Origin: Marsupella aquatica
Taxonomy: Eukaryota > Plantae > Marchantiophyta
DNA: 64,000 nucleotides
Assembly (NCBI GenBank): GCA_973895155.1
Contig: OZ316897.1
Span: 4,496,211-4,560,210, forward strand
Reading direction: 5' to 3'
Shown here piece by piece: positions 50,205 to 64,000 of the stretch; the stretch's first letter is position 1, and every line of letters begins with the position of its first letter. The notes below the pieces were generated by a model. That model had not been told where the DNA came from, searched no databases, and saw only the letters and a list, made by a program, of their open reading frames with translations. A program made the translations under genes and the position numbers.

Positions 50205-51377
50205 TTCGGCTTGTGACATCGCATTGCATTTATCTTGGGCCCTTGTGCTGCAGCACTCAACGGCACTAATTGGCATTCTAAAAATAGGTTCCAACGTAGC
50301 AGGTGTAAAATTTTCCATTTGTCTTCTCGGCTCAGGTGCTTGGCTTAGATAGAAATTGTTGCATTATCAAGAATTGTGTATGTTTAGTCCATTTATAGAG
50401 ACAGGAACACTTTGATATCATCATTGTGGATTTGTGAAAATTATACGCCTGCAGTAATTTTTAGATGAGATCCTGCTCCCACTTATCTTCGCAGGTAGAC
50501 AGACAGGTCACTCAGAAGCGAATTTGAAGGTCACCTGTTACTACACGCATGAAGAGGTGACAACAGGAAGAAGGATGTATAGTCCTGTTTTGAGTTGTAG
50601 ATGACAGGTCAAGAGGTTCTTTCACTATATTCTGTGTAGTACTTCGTGTTGAAGGGATGTTCTTTCCACTTAATTCATTGCACTTCACCAGCTCATTTCT
50701 CAGCTTCATATCTATCTCTGGGTATTCAAGGCCTGGACGTGATTGCAACTAAGTTGCTGTGGTGACATATACTTGGGAGGCGGTTATATTTTTTATACCG
50801 TTGTTTTCAATGGCCGTTTCTCCCTGCGCCTGTTCTCACTAAAATATGACCTGTAAGCTGTGGCTTGTTTCAACTCGGAGCTAGAATGATGGAGAATAAT
50901 TTTAGGACTTAGCCTAGTTTCTAGCAATTAGAGTTTTCCTCATAAGACCCATTGAAGTAGAGGCAGGTTTCCACCAGCTCTTAAAGTCTGATGTTTGAAG
51001 TGTGGCTGTCCGTTACTGGCCCCTGCAGTGCATGTCTAGTGTGATCTTCAGATGCAGTTGACTCAGATTGTATCATTTCAGATATCAACAGAAAAGAATG
51101 GGACAACATGTAGGGTCAGGACACCTTCGAGTCTAATGCACAGTGCACATCTGAATGTGATCACTGAAGAAGTGACTCCATTTGTAACACTTCAGATATT
51201 TTGGCTTCTCAGAAGTGTGATTGAGACCTGAAAATAATTCGACAGAATGAATGTGCAGCCAAGCCACTTTCGAGTGTAATCCAATAGAGTTTTTCGTCCT
51301 CATCTGCAGCAGCAGTGTTTAGGGACGGTCATTTAGCGATAAAACTGCAGTGACTTGTTAACTTCAGTAAGCACTTC

Positions 51378-51530
51378 GTCATCTGTAGTTATGGTGAAGT
51401 GGTGATTAAGATCACACCTGTGGATATGGTGGAGTGGGGGTTGAGATGAGGGGCCGGTCACCTGTAGTTATAGTGAAGTGGTGATTAAGATCACACCTGT
51501 GGATATGATGGAGTGGGGGTTGACATGAGA
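51378..51530. repeat. ~80-bp tandem duplication
   Basis: ctgtagttat(g/a)gtgaagtggtgattaagatcacacctgtggatatg...gagtgggggttga occurs twice. Confidence 0.9.
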
Positions 51531-51711
51531 GGCTGACTCCCTGCTAGCCTTCCCACACTCCTATACTCACCTAATTCTGTGCAACAAAAGACTTGATGCG
51601 TCACACTCCAATGTTTAGATTCTTAGTTAGCCACAAGTTTTGAGTGACTTTTGAGCACCACCTTGGCTTTCTAGATCAACCTCTACAATGTCATTCACAA
51701 TCTGGGTTTCG

Positions 51712-51837
51712 TTGGTTGCGTAATCTGGATTGGTTGCATAATCTGGATTCAAGGTAACGTAATCTGGATTCAAGGTAACGTAATCTGGATTCAAGCTGCG
51801 TAATCTGGATTCAAGCTGCGTAATCTGGATTCAAGCC
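51712..51837. repeat. Minisatellite, 19-21-bp unit with core taatctggatt x6
   Basis: Directly visible (g/a)cgtaatctggattcaag repeats. Confidence 0.95.
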
Positions 51838-51881
51838 ACCTAACCATTGTTAAAAGGTTGTCGCTTGGCAATTCTGTGATT

Positions 51882-52097
51882 TTGGATGGTTTTGCCATTT
51901 TTCCATAACAAATCATGCAGATGGATTTATGAATGCAAAGAGTGATTTGTGTATCATTATCTATACTCCCAAGTTGGAATGCACATATGTGGTGTTGGAT
52001 GGTTTTACCATTTTTCCATAACAAATCATTCTCATGGATTTATGAATGCAAAGAGTGGTTTGTGTATGGTTGTCTACACTCCCAAGTTGGAATGCAC
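51882..52097. repeat. ~114-bp tandem duplication
   Basis: ttggatggtttt(g/a)ccattttttccataacaaatcat...ctcccaagttggaatgcaca occurs twice. Confidence 0.9.
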
Positions 52098-53192
52098 AGG
52101 GGTCTTGATTTGATTTGATTTTGAAACTATCTATATGCTATATGATGAATACACCTTTGGGATTTTGTATTATTTATAAGTTGTGTGTCTCGGATTTTTA
52201 TTTCAATGGGCCTTATCAAGGGGCTTCATTTGTATCATTTAGATTTTTAATTGATTTTTGGACCCCTTTAATTTTTGGTATCCAGAGTATACCAAACTTA
52301 GTTTGGCAGCCCTCTTAATTTTTAAACTTTGTCACCCTTTAGATTTCAAGTGTGTGAAAACCAATTGCTTTAATTTCTACCAGTTGAAAAATGTTTTTAA
52401 GTGCGAAAAATGATTCTAAATAACCTGTAAACCTGTCTTAAGTTCCCCTAATAGCTTTCTTTCCTAAGTTTATGGTTTTTATTAAATTGAATGTTATTAA
52501 ATAAGACACATTGAATTAATAAGCGCACAGATCTTAGCACCTGTGCCATAGAACTTGACTGTACTTTGCATTGGTCTCTATGTGCCTTTCTTTGCATGTG
52601 CTCTATTTATACTGTAGTATCCCATTCACTCTTAATATGTATTATAGTTCTACTCTCATATTTTACATATTTTATTTACAGATCACTACAAGACAGAAAA
52701 TCAAGCAAGTTCCAAGATGACCATGCTATGTATCAGACATGATTTGTACCTGGATTTGCATTTCTCAGAAATCTGGTTCATATTTGAACAATCATGTTTA
52801 CCCAGAAATTTACAATTATTTGAAATTTTATCCCCTGGTGCTGAAACCAAAGCTCAAATGGATCAAGAGGTTGTCTCCACCATTTCCATCAATTGCATAA
52901 AGTCATCGGCCAATTTACACCATTAAGACAAAGGGACAATGTAATTTACACCAAAAAGACTAAAGGACAAGGTGCATTTTGGATGGAAATTTGGGACACC
53001 GCCATTAGGAGTTTGGGCATGAATACTTTTTTGTTGTTTTGTTGTTGTGGATTTTAATGAGGACATCATTCCTCAAGCACGCAGCATGACAGCATGGCCA
53101 ACTTTTGTACTTGTAGAGATTGAGATATGGTGAAAATTCTCCTCGAAGCACCAGTAATTGATGCCGTAGGACACTGAGTAAACTAATTCAAC

Positions 53193-53332
53193 AGGCAGCA
53201 AACTATTTAGGAGACCTTTCATAATTGACATTTGAGTAGTAAATGTAGAAGATGATATCCAAGGCAGCAAACAATCCAGGAGACCTTTTATAATTGACAT
53301 TTGAGTAGTAAGTGTAGAAGATGATATCCAAA
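53193..53332. repeat. ~69-bp tandem duplication
   Basis: aggcagcaaac...aggagaccttt.ataattgacatttgagtagtaa.tgtagaagatgatatccaa occurs twice. Confidence 0.9.
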
Positions 53333-55534
53333 TCTGTTGATATTCTGAGACAGTGCATAGTTCATCCGAGAGTAAGTTTCCAAGATTTTAGGTGCTGTCT
53401 GCGAAATTGGTAAAAATATTTTCGATGAAAACTCTAGGCATTTGATGTAGAAGACTGGTTTATCAGTGTATACATGTTTTTAAAGTTATTGCGATGTACT
53501 TGGGAAGGAGAAAGTATTAAGTTTGTCCTGCCCTACACCACTAAAGTGACGATCCCAACGATAGTCCAACTCTTATTGTCCTTGGAAACAATAACAAGCA
53601 GGAACACATTGATTTCATTCTTGACATAGACCTGTAGTTCGTCTTTGCGGCACACAAAGGTGGTGTTTTAGTGTCGCCCCCCTGGGGAACTTGAAGAAGA
53701 TAATATCAGACCCTTCACTAAGATTCATTCTGTCTAGGCAGTGTCTCGTCTGATAAAAGAAAGATTCTAAGCATAACATCTTGCACTCGGAATGGCTCTG
53801 CTCTGACAACCCACATCAACCTGGGAGAAATTGAGAGATTTGAGTAACGCCTTGGGAAGGCTTTACAACATTCTCGGGAGTGATCAATAACCAAGAGTTC
53901 CACGATGTTCTTGACGTGATATATCTAGCTGTTGTTCTCACATTGGTCATGAACCGAAATATCTACGAACTCAAAGCTCCGGAACCTTGTTGCAAAGGAG
54001 CTGGCGTTCGAAACTGGATTTTCGTTGCCAAAACATTTTCCGGCCCTCTGATGGCCATGAATGAGGCCCAAAACTGAACCACAGGAGTATCAAACAAGAC
54101 TAACAGATAAGTTTTGGCAAGAACTCTCACGAACCAAAAGACGATCATCTTCATGGAAAGCTAGAACGCGTCTGCCCTCGCCCACATTCCATAATTGCAG
54201 AAGGCAAAATCAAGACAAAGGATTCGAGATCGAAAACTGCATGCCGCCAGGTAGAAATAAGGTGTACGGTCATGATGATATAGTACAAAGCACATGTGCA
54301 CAAAAGGCGCTCATTCTTTGACGGAAGAACGGACAAGGACACCCAAACCGACAAAGGAGACTTCAATCAAGCCCCAAACCTATCACAGCACGTTTGCCCT
54401 GTTACCCACTAGACGGTGTCTTAAACTATACGATCAAACCTGCAAGAGCTGAGGACCTTTTAATCGGACCAAGATATTAACCTGCAAACGACTTCCATGA
54501 ACGGGGCAGGAATGGCGCTATCTACAGCAGAGACCACAAAGTCCGAACCAAACGTCCCGAGTCACCATTCGGTTATATCTAGACTTGCAATTCAGATGCC
54601 AAACATCCCTGCATCCTTCAGCAAGCTAGCGACGCATGGTGAGGAAGAACGCTGGAAAGTCTTACGATGGAGAGATCACAGGATGAACGACTTTTCGTTT
54701 CCACTGGAACAAGACAACTTCAACAAAACAAACTAACACACAACAGGGAAGTGATAATACAAAACTCGAATGCCAGAGACTGGCTAGAACCAACGACCAC
54801 TATATGAACCAACAACTGCTATTTGATAAAGACCGGTTCCCAGCCCATGATACAGCTGCAGTGCACCACAAACGAGATCCATACCACCAACATGCAAATG
54901 GGTACTCCTTCAGATCCATGAGGATGTCAGATCACAACTGTCTTACTTCCGACTTCCTTTTTGCATGACATGAGAAAAGAGAGATGAATAAACTCATAAA
55001 CCTTGGCAATATCAAACAGAAGACTTCAATGGGCAAGTGATCCGCTTTCCAAAACCCCTGCACTCGTTTAATACATGTTCTTTTGGGTTACCGATAGTAA
55101 CTTAAATCACACAGTAACCATGTAAGTGACTTTCAAACAATCACTACTTTGGACATCGACCTATAAATTTTGGGAACCGGAATAATTGCGAGCTTACTCC
55201 AAAAATAATGGCAGCAATTTCACTGCTATTGCAGGTGTATCTCCGGTGCTTATCTCTGACAACTAATCCAATGAGTACACAGCAACCCTACAAATTGCAG
55301 GACAACAGTGCAAATCTGAAGATATTTAGATGAAAACAGATTTCCTTACGCCGAGACTGATGATTCGTTCATAGGAACACAGAAGTCCCATCCAGTCAAA
55401 GACTTCGGGTGTGTTCAAAGCTGACGGGGTAGAATCAATTGAAAACCGAAAAGAAATCAATTTTCATCTTCACAACATGTATAGTCCCCCACGCTGAATC
55501 AGTGTTAATGCCTGCCTTTCGGGACTTACCTACA

Positions 55535-58500
55535 CTACGAGAAGAAACCGCCCAACTTTGCGACAAAATCATCATCCTCATCATCATCGGTATACCCATC
55601 TTCCTCGGGTTCAGGTCCCTCGATCTCCTCCCTAACAACATCCTCAAACTCATGTCCATCGGTGCGGTCCAAATCTTCCACCTTATGCTCTGCTCCTGCC
55701 GCATTGCCATGATCCTCAACCATCATATCCTCCTTCTCTCCCTCAACAGCCTCTGGCACAATCACGGATTCGTCTTCTTGCAGCAGACTGTCCGTTGTAG
55801 CGAGCACCTGGGAACCATCTGTTGCAGCAGCTGAGTAGTGGCTCTCCCCCACATTACTATTCTTCTCTCTTCTACCTTTGACTGCATCATCATCGGACAA
55901 AAACTCTCCATCTTCGATTTCTGCGTATCCTGGGCCAGCTCCTACCTCTGTCTGTACGTCTGGTGTATATGAATCTACGACTGAAACTGTCTCTACTCTT
56001 GAAGCCATAACAACTCTGCTTGTAGGAGGAGAAAGCCTTTGGAAATGATCCACAATTGCCTCTTCTGACTTTGAATCGCCTTCAGATTCAACCCTGCGCT
56101 TTTCCTTCAAAATAGCACTTAATGATTTGGGCCCCTCAAAAGTTCGCAATTTTTTCACTTCCTGACCGACAACCTTGTCCAGCTTGACCTTCCTCTCTTC
56201 CGCGGAACCGGTCTCGTAAGACGCTATTTCGGGGCCAGGAAGAGTGGCAGCTTGCTGTGGTATTGTCCGCACTGCAGATCCCTTCGACTGAAAACTAGCC
56301 GGTACAGACTTCTTGAACCCGTTCGAGGCCTCACTAGACCTCGGCTGCTCTTCAGCTGCACCCTTTCTCTTCTCAGCTCTGATTTGTGCTAGAGTCTTGG
56401 GTCCAGCAAAGGTCGACGGGTCTTTCTTGACTTCCTTTTCGCTTTTCCTATTTCCTTCCGTATCCATAAAGCTCATGTTTTCTGCTTCTCCAAGCCCATC
56501 CGCAGCCTTTGACAGCCTACTGTGTATGTCGGCTTCTCTGGTTCCACCTCTCGCTTGCTCACTCATAGAACGGCTATTTGACATGCTTCTTGGAGGAAGT
56601 CTCTCAAAGCCAGGCACTGGCCCCTCTGATGCACCGATTTCATGCAAAGCCCGACGAGCTATCACTCCTGGTTCTAATCCAATCTTCTCCTGTACTCGTC
56701 GATTGTTATTTCTCATGCCATGTTGCATGAATAGCTGATGTCGAAGATGAAGTTCGTGCTGCTTTTGTTGGTCCTCCTGCTGCCGTTGATGATGTTGATA
56801 TTCATCCAAAGGCATTTCGGTCCGCTGCCTCCTTCCATAGTTGTCAAAAACGTGTTGTTGTCCTCCATCAGGCCTCCTTCTTTTGACAATACGTGTTCGC
56901 TGGTCATGTGCACCTCCTCCAGATCGCATATCCACGTCCATAGGCAATCCCAACCGCTCTCTGGCAATCATTTCCTCTGCACCGGCTCGGTCAGAATAAG
57001 CTAGTGCCCGCTGGTGACCAGGGTGATCGTATGAATTGGAAGGATCATATCCCCCTTGCTGGTCATGTGCATTGTACTCATAGCCACCGTGATCGTAGGG
57101 CGCCCCACCTTCGTAATTGGTAGTATGATCGTATGGATTAGGGAAGTCATAATCATACTGCTCGATATCGTCTGCCATACGCATCGATCGTGCCACTCTC
57201 CCTCGGTTTCCAGCCGCACCTGTGCCAGAATCCAGACCTGTTTCACCCGGAGATTGAAATTCTGGATCATCAGGATAGCGAGATTGCTCGGGTCCATCAT
57301 CAACAAGTACATCAAATCCAGGTGACGATTCCTCCCACCACTCATCTGGCTCCATTCCATTCTGTACCCTATCATCACCGGGCTGGACCTGACGAAGACG
57401 CAGTCTGTTGCCAACTAGCCCGGAACTAACTACTGGACCTTCTGCCCTACCTCTTGATCCACCATTTTGCGTGGCTCCTGACACCGAAACCGTCCGCATG
57501 TCCTTCTGCTTCGACTGTACCCCACTCACGTGAGCAGGTCTGACCTCGGTTGGTTGAGGTTCCGAGGTTGCCACAGGTACAGACTTCGCCTCGACACCGT
57601 TGGAAGCAGCTGTGTCCTTTTCCTTCTCATTCGGTTCAGGGGCATTAACAGGGAGTGCCACCTTGACCGGCCTTTGTGTTGCTGTAGTTTTCGTAACGGG
57701 GGGAGTACCGTGCATGAAAGGACATTTGTCTCCCTTGGCGCAATATCCTTGAGAGAAAAAGTAGCATGGTACCCTTGACTTATTTGCCCCTGCAGGTCCA
57801 GGAGCAGCTGCCGCAGCAAGTGTGGGTCTTCCCTCAAGCGGCTGTACATCGTGCGCGAACGTTAGGATTCTTCCTAACTTTCTTAGACGTGGAAAAGGAG
57901 TTCGAACGTCAATATCACTTGTCTAACACATTGTGTAAAGAAATCCACTGAAAGACGCAACTACGGACATTCCATGGACGACCAGTAACTACTCGTGCAT
58001 TTCAATAAGTACAGCGGCGGCTATCCCGCGCTGGACTTCTATTAAAAGAAACAACCTACAATCCACAAACATTGACACCATTGGTGCTCTCAAACTGTAT
58101 CAACGAAGTCATAAATGTTACTCACAGGGTGTCGGAAAGGACAGTCCCAGTTGAGACAGTTGCCACTGAGCCAATACCGACAATCTCTTGGATTTACTCT
58201 CGCGCTCTCGCTGTGGCGAAACTCGCAATCATTTCCCTGCACATACACAGTCGCGTGAAAAATCACATTAGAGACGGCAACAAAATTGGTACCCTCAGTG
58301 AGCTGGAAAACGTTGCGTACAAAGTTTGAACAACGTTAGCAATGATCATAACGTAACGAGATATCGTGTTTAGTATCGTTCCACTGTTAGAACAAGGAAG
58401 TTCACGTGCTCTACGACTCTTATCAGGGTAGCAATGGCAGGTTCACGGAACTGCAAGTGGTCCTCCAAAAGCAAGGACGAGAAGCTCGACTCAACCTTCC

Positions 58501-59307
58501 GAAGGGAAGACTTGAAACGAGAGCACCGAGGAGTCCAGCCCACCCTAAAGTGATGATGCAACGGGTCAACTTTGCTAACTAGGAACATGTGCGACCTGAA
58601 TGGATGGGCTGAGGAAGGTCATACGAAAGACGATGCTCACTACGACAGTTTCCATATGTCTTCAGAGTTCATGGCATCGCAAACCCTATCCCGACTTGAT
58701 AACATATTATCACAAAGAGTTTCCTGCCAGATGCTTTCTTTCAGATATATCCTTCGAGATTCCATGGCCTGAGTTTGGCTATTGTAAAATCAGCTCTTGT
58801 GGCTGTTCCCAACGCTGCTTATCGCAGATACACCCACCATCCTAATACAGAGCTCTTCCTGGATCCATCGGCAGCATGGGGTGAAGACGTCCTTCGCAGT
58901 AGAGGGATGCAGTAGAGGGATGTGACACTTCCCCAAGCCTCCAACACTTCTAACTCCGCCACAGGAAGCATGATGCGCTTGCAGAGCAAGGAACAATGTA
59001 ACCTAAGCACAAGCTTTACTACAGTAGCTAACTTTAAGTAGTGCATCTGAGGCCGGAACAACCCGTATCCGTCCCACTCGCGTCGACATTGAAATAGATA
59101 CGCAAACCCCTAATCTCGTCTTGCAATCGGGAAAACACACCGTTGCCTAATCCTCGACCTCCGCCCATCAATCCCACGGTAAAGAAAAAAAGAAGAACAA
59201 CAAAGTGGGCGAATGATCAAAAACGTTCCCACCTTTTTACAAGTGAGCGGCGACGCCAAGAAGTAGACGCAATCAGTGTTTTTCTTCACCAGCGCGTCGT
59301 CCTCCAT
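55535..59307 (-). CDS. Zinc finger CCCH protein (three N-terminal CCCH fingers; AtC3H17/ZC3H11A-like), about 830 aa
   Basis: Exons 59307-59233, 58236-58126 and 57841-55535. Motifs NTDCVYFLASPLTCKKGNDCEFRHS, DCRYWLSGNCLNWDCPFRHP, CYFFSQGYCAKGDKCPFMH, WEESSPGFDVLVDD, two FxGPKxLxxI motifs and the C-terminus DDDFVAKLGGFFS. Confidence 0.93.
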
Positions 59308-60441
59308 GGTCGACAACGGGCTTCAAAATTGACTCAGACGATTACCACGCCCGCTGCGCTGAAGAAATCAGTCTTCGGACGCCGCTTCTCCCGTCCTACA
59401 GTTCCCGAACCAACCCGAAACGTGCAGTTCCCATCACCTGATATATTGTCGAGGTCGCCATAGCTTCGACCTTCGTTCCTCGCCTCGTCCTACGTCTCTC
59501 TCCCTTCCGTCTTCTTTCTCCATTCAAAAGCTTCCCCTTACATGTGCGCTCCCGCAAGAAGAACGATGTCGAACGGCCCAGATCTTCCGGATTTGGCCGT
59601 CCACTCATTTCAGCCGCCCGATTCAGCCTTGTTCAAGTCCATCCAACCGCCAATTAGGTGGCCCCTGTATGCTGCCCGTTTGGCCTGCTTCGCCAGTTTT
59701 GCTTTGTTTCTATGTTTCTCTTCGGTCTGCAGAGGTGTTGGTTTTGCTCTGGATATGAACACCCAGGACACTACCGTTTCCCTCACTTAATGCCATCTAT
59801 GATTTTTTCCCTCCGGAATTTCAGCATTTATGGAGAAAAAGCACACTAACGATTGGGATTTGCACATTATGAATGATCCTGTTTTTCAGAGAAATGATGC
59901 TCCCATGGATCACAAAGTTGGTCTTTGAAAACACCAGTGTATCACATTTCCCAAAATTTGAGTTTAATTGTAACAATTTCTTGTTCATAAAGTCAAATAT
60001 ATTTTAGTTTTGAGTATGTGCTAGAGGAGCAGGTAAGGTACACTTTCATCAAAGTGACAGTGAATTTTTGGTCATTTTAGTTAAATTATTTATCATGGAA
60101 TGCCAAGGGGTAATTTCTATTTGATTAATTTGCATTGTGTAAGTATGACATATTAGGGCTTGTGGGTTTCTATGTCTCCTCTCTCTCTAGTTGCCTTGCA
60201 GGTGAAAGACTTAAGATTATTTTAATACTTTTGATCATCAAGCTATCAGCCCAAAACTCCCATGGACCACCAAAATGTGGTCCACATGAGCATTGTGTCC
60301 AACATGGTGGTCCATCTGGGCTCACTTTCTTTGGATTTGCACATCATGCAAAATACCTTTTACTTTTACTAAAAGTGGTAAAAGTAAAACATCACTTAGG
60401 CCCTAAGTGTATTAATGTCCTCTTATCAAAGACTAACTCGA

Positions 60442-60630
60442 ACCTATGGGTTGCACAAAAGATGTCGTTATGTAAAGATTGCAATGTGAGAAAGATGGCG
60501 TTGTGGAAAAGATGGTGTTACATAAAAGATGTCATTGTGCAAAACTGGCGGTGAGAAAAAGATGGTGTTTAGTAAAAGATTTTGTGTTGCAAGAAGTCAA
60601 GGAGATAGTCATTGAGAAAAATAAGTGTTG
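60442..60630 (+). repeat. Decayed end of the same foldback family as 1172-3632
   Basis: acctatgggttgcacaaaagatgtcgt followed by aaagatg(g/t)c repeats, matching cctgtgcgttgcacaaaaga. Confidence 0.55.
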
Positions 60631-60884
60631 TGAAAGCATGGTGAACTTTTGAGCTCTATGTGCAATTATCATTGCAAGTGTGTTATGCTTGTGATTGGGT
60701 TGTGATTATGGCATTGTCATGGTTTTGAAAGTCAATTGTTGTTTCAATAAAGTTGTCATGTAGTGGCCGTGTGATGTTAGGAAGGGTTGTAGTTCTAGCC
60801 CGTGTCATCTGTGTAGTCATGTTATGATTGTGGAAGTGTCACTTGGGTGAATGGTTGGTGCAACAATGTTGTCATTTTAGACGA

Positions 60885-60909
60885 TGTTGTTGTTGTTGTT
60901 GTTGTTGTT
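60885..60909. repeat. (GTT)n microsatellite
   Basis: Directly visible. Confidence 0.95.
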
Positions 60910-63900
60910 TGGGAGGACAAGTGCATTGAGAACGGGGGGACACAAGACCGGTAAGAATGTCTGGGGCATTGTGGGGTCCAGGTTAGGTTGCGCAATGCTA
61001 TATAGAGGGAGAACAATTTTACTTTTTTGCCTCACTATTTTTCCCCTCCCACTACCTCCATCCCCTTTTTCTTCCCTCCAACAGCATTACAAAGGAGAAA
61101 AACAATGGGAAGAAAAGACAAAGTAAACCTCCAAAACTGAAAATACCTTCTCAAGAGCAAAAGGCCAAAAAAGCCTTCTAATGTCAACCTCCCCTTTACA
61201 ATATCCATGTCAAAAACCTCCAACTCTAGTCAATCTAATCATTTAATGCTCCATGCCACAAAGTACTTGCATTGGCTGTAGTATAGCTAGCATAGTCATG
61301 TACTCTAGCACATGTTGTCCTGTGTTCTAGCAGTACTACACCTTGTACCATATTCTCTTGAATATCCATTTAGGTCAATCCAAGAGTCTCAAATAACTCT
61401 GGACAACATCATATGACATGATACTGTTTCCTCCTTCTTCAATTTTGCAAACTGACAATGGGAGGGTTTTGGCCAGATCACTAATTATATGGGTTGATGA
61501 TTATAGGAGAAACTTAAGCTAAAGCCCTCATTTTGTAGGGCAATATGATCCATTGTAAAGAGACCCTTTATTTTTCCAACAATGTTGTATGGCAAACCTA
61601 ACTTTTTTCTCACTTGTTTCTGGAAAATTTGATTTATTGATGAGCTTTAACACTAGGACATTCCTCACAAATATGTCCTATAGAGTGATTTCCGTACCCC
61701 TAGAAAAACAATTATTCTTTACCTTGAAAATTCTCCCCCCTTTAAAAAACATTTGAGTGACCTTATATTTAACCCAAATATAAGCAATGTCGGAAAAACA
61801 ATACCAAGACAACAGATGCAAAACTAGAGATTGAAAAATTTTGCACGCAACCTATACATGGCAAAATGCACTTACTTCTCACACACAACTCATTATAACC
61901 AAAACATTTTTAAAGGTTTTATTGCAATTGCACTGTTTATTATCACCATATGGCTCAGCCAGACAAAATTTCGGAGACATAGAAAATTTCATACCATAAA
62001 ACTCAAAGCCAAGGTTCCATGACCTCTTGATTTTTAAGGTAGGGCCAGCACTCATGTTCAGGCTTTCTCTTCCTCAAAGCAAGGGAATCTAAGCTTTTTT
62101 GCAAGCTGCACACTTTTCACATGGCCAGCCATCCCCTTGCTCAAAGTGTGCACATGCCTTGCAAATATAAGTTTCTGCACCTGTGTTCAAGGCAAACCAA
62201 AGCTTTCCGTTTCCTCTGGTTGTTTCAAAACCATGGATCTACTAGTTTGCTTATACTAAAGGATCTCTTCATCCCCTTTGTGGTTTTTCTATTTGTAACT
62301 TTCTGTGGTATATTGAAAAATGCACAGTCCATATTTGGATCAGTGAATCATGAAACCCCTCCTCTCCTTTTTTTAAACAGTCATGGAAATTAAAAATCTC
62401 TTAGACCTTTTAGTGTATGTTAGCCCTATTATAAGGGCATTATGGCCCACAGTGCCCTGTTACCCAGGCTTTTATATTTACTTGAATACTCACTTTGGGT
62501 TTTGGGATTCCCCTGAAAAATCTTACAACATTTATGTATGATTCTGATTCTGTGTGGACCTATGGAGAAAGGGAAGCAAGGCAAGCCACAAGCACACCAA
62601 GGGAAAAGCAGCCCTCTAACAAGCAGAAACCACACTCCCAAGCATCAAAGTGCACCATACAAGCAGCAGCCGGCCCACCCACCCAAAAAGCCATTGTTAG
62701 GGCAGCCAAGAACAACTATCAACAGACAAGCTCACATCCTAAGAAGGCGACACAGGCCACCAAAGCACAATAATCCAACCAAAGAAACCGAAACCCCTTG
62801 AGTGGATATCACAAGGCCCTAACAGCAATCCCAATCCAAAAACAAAATGCAAGTTACCGTGTTTGTGACACACTACTCGTTCTCTGATGATGTACTCTTG
62901 GGCCAAGCATAGAGCAGCTGGTAAAGTTTCCTACCAACCTTCAAAGTATCACCAACACCATGGAGATGATCAACAACCTCAGAGAGAAGCCGAGAGTCAT
63001 GTCAAACTTTTGCCTACCCTTCGGACTGAACATGTGATCATTCCTCCTGATCCGCAAGGTCCACAAAACTTAGTAAATCATGAAAATCTTAATAACATGA
63101 ACATGCTCCTTGCCAATGGCTGCTACTTCAATCAGCCCAACATTCACTCTGAACAATAACCCCCTTGAAAGCTCCTATGAATAAGACCCCAACTGCTTAT
63201 AGTGTGGGCACACTCGAAGAAGAGAGGTGGAATAGTTTCAACTACACCTCCACAAAGTTTGCAATCCCAGAAGCTCTACTCAGTATTCAAGGCCCTCTTG
63301 CCAGTGAAAATGACCCTAGCCAGCACACCCCATATAAAGTTTTGTCTTGCCCTTGTGTCAACCAACCTTGGATACACATAATCAAAGAGTTTAACTTGGA
63401 CATATGTGCTTTGCATTGCAGAATCTTCTTCTCTTTCTGCTCATGCAACTCAACAACAAATGGTTCTTTCTTTTGTTCAATTACAACACAAGGTTTGTTT
63501 AGGAGTCTACTTATCAGGGATTCTTTACCCCAGTCTTTACCCCTTGTATTTTAACTAGGAAAACACAACTAGGCCACTTGTTAGAGTTTAATTAAACCCC
63601 CACTATCCCCAAACAAAACCTGGTGGATCCAGGTAACTATAAGCAATCAATATTAATGTTGTTAACATATTAGAAAAGTACTATATATTGTCTTGCCATA
63701 GGTTTTGGGACAGTGGTGCTTCAAAACTCTTCAATGGTCCATGATTTGAACCTCGTTGTGGGTTTAGGTTACTTTATTTCCCTGCGTCACCAGGTATTTT
63801 GTGGTGGTAGATAGAAAGACACTGAAAGAAGAAAGGAACTATTGCTTTACACAACCCTTGTTGTTGTAGCTTGGGAATATCCATTCATGCCTACTGTAGT

Positions 63901-64000
63901 GTTTCCATGAAACATTATTAATGTGATCCCACCCAAACATTTTGTGTGGTCTGTTTTAGGAAATGAGTTTTGAGCAGGACTCAATCTTGGTATTTAAAAT

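Noticed and set aside
51712-51837. Short repeats as telomeric or CRISPR repeats
   Set aside because: They are not TTTAGGG and have no spacers; this is an ordinary minisatellite.
55439-57429. Multiple + strand ORFs
   Set aside because: These are antisense shadows of the large CCCH-protein exon.
60135-64000. Several 60-140-aa ORFs
   Set aside because: The sequence is CpG-depleted and decayed, with no recognisable motifs or consistent exon structure; it is probably old TE debris.

Overview
This is intron-rich land-plant nuclear DNA, most likely a bryophyte (liverwort/moss-type, inferred from the CHASE kinase subtype); it is not prokaryotic. Five intact genes can be assembled from GT-AG exons: a 64-aa Cys-rich protein (-, 6482-6676), a full-size ABCB/P-glycoprotein transporter (-, 10721-18696), a CHASE-domain hybrid histidine kinase of the cytokinin-receptor family (+, 31959-39581), clathrin light chain (+, 48144-50204) and a triple-CCCH zinc-finger protein (-, 55535-59307). 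There is also a BCS1-like AAA-ATPase pseudogene. The intergenic DNA is dense in transposon relics, several with resolvable boundaries: a nested foldback/solo-LTR-like complex, a Harbinger derivative with an adjacent empty site, a mini-Helitron, four hAT-type MITE copies, a CACTA MITE, a CRE-like LINE fragment and a possible SINE, plus several tandem repeats. The most interesting signals are: (i) the CHASE sensor has lost the canonical cytokinin-binding residues while the phosphorelay is intact, and its receiver carries a CxxC...CxH insertion; (ii) an ABCB intron contains a near-perfect hairpin; (iii) an AG...CT-ended LTR-like insert has a near-perfect 5-bp TSD. No CRISPR array, rRNA or convincing tRNA was seen. 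All family assignments come from motif recognition by eye; no database search was run.
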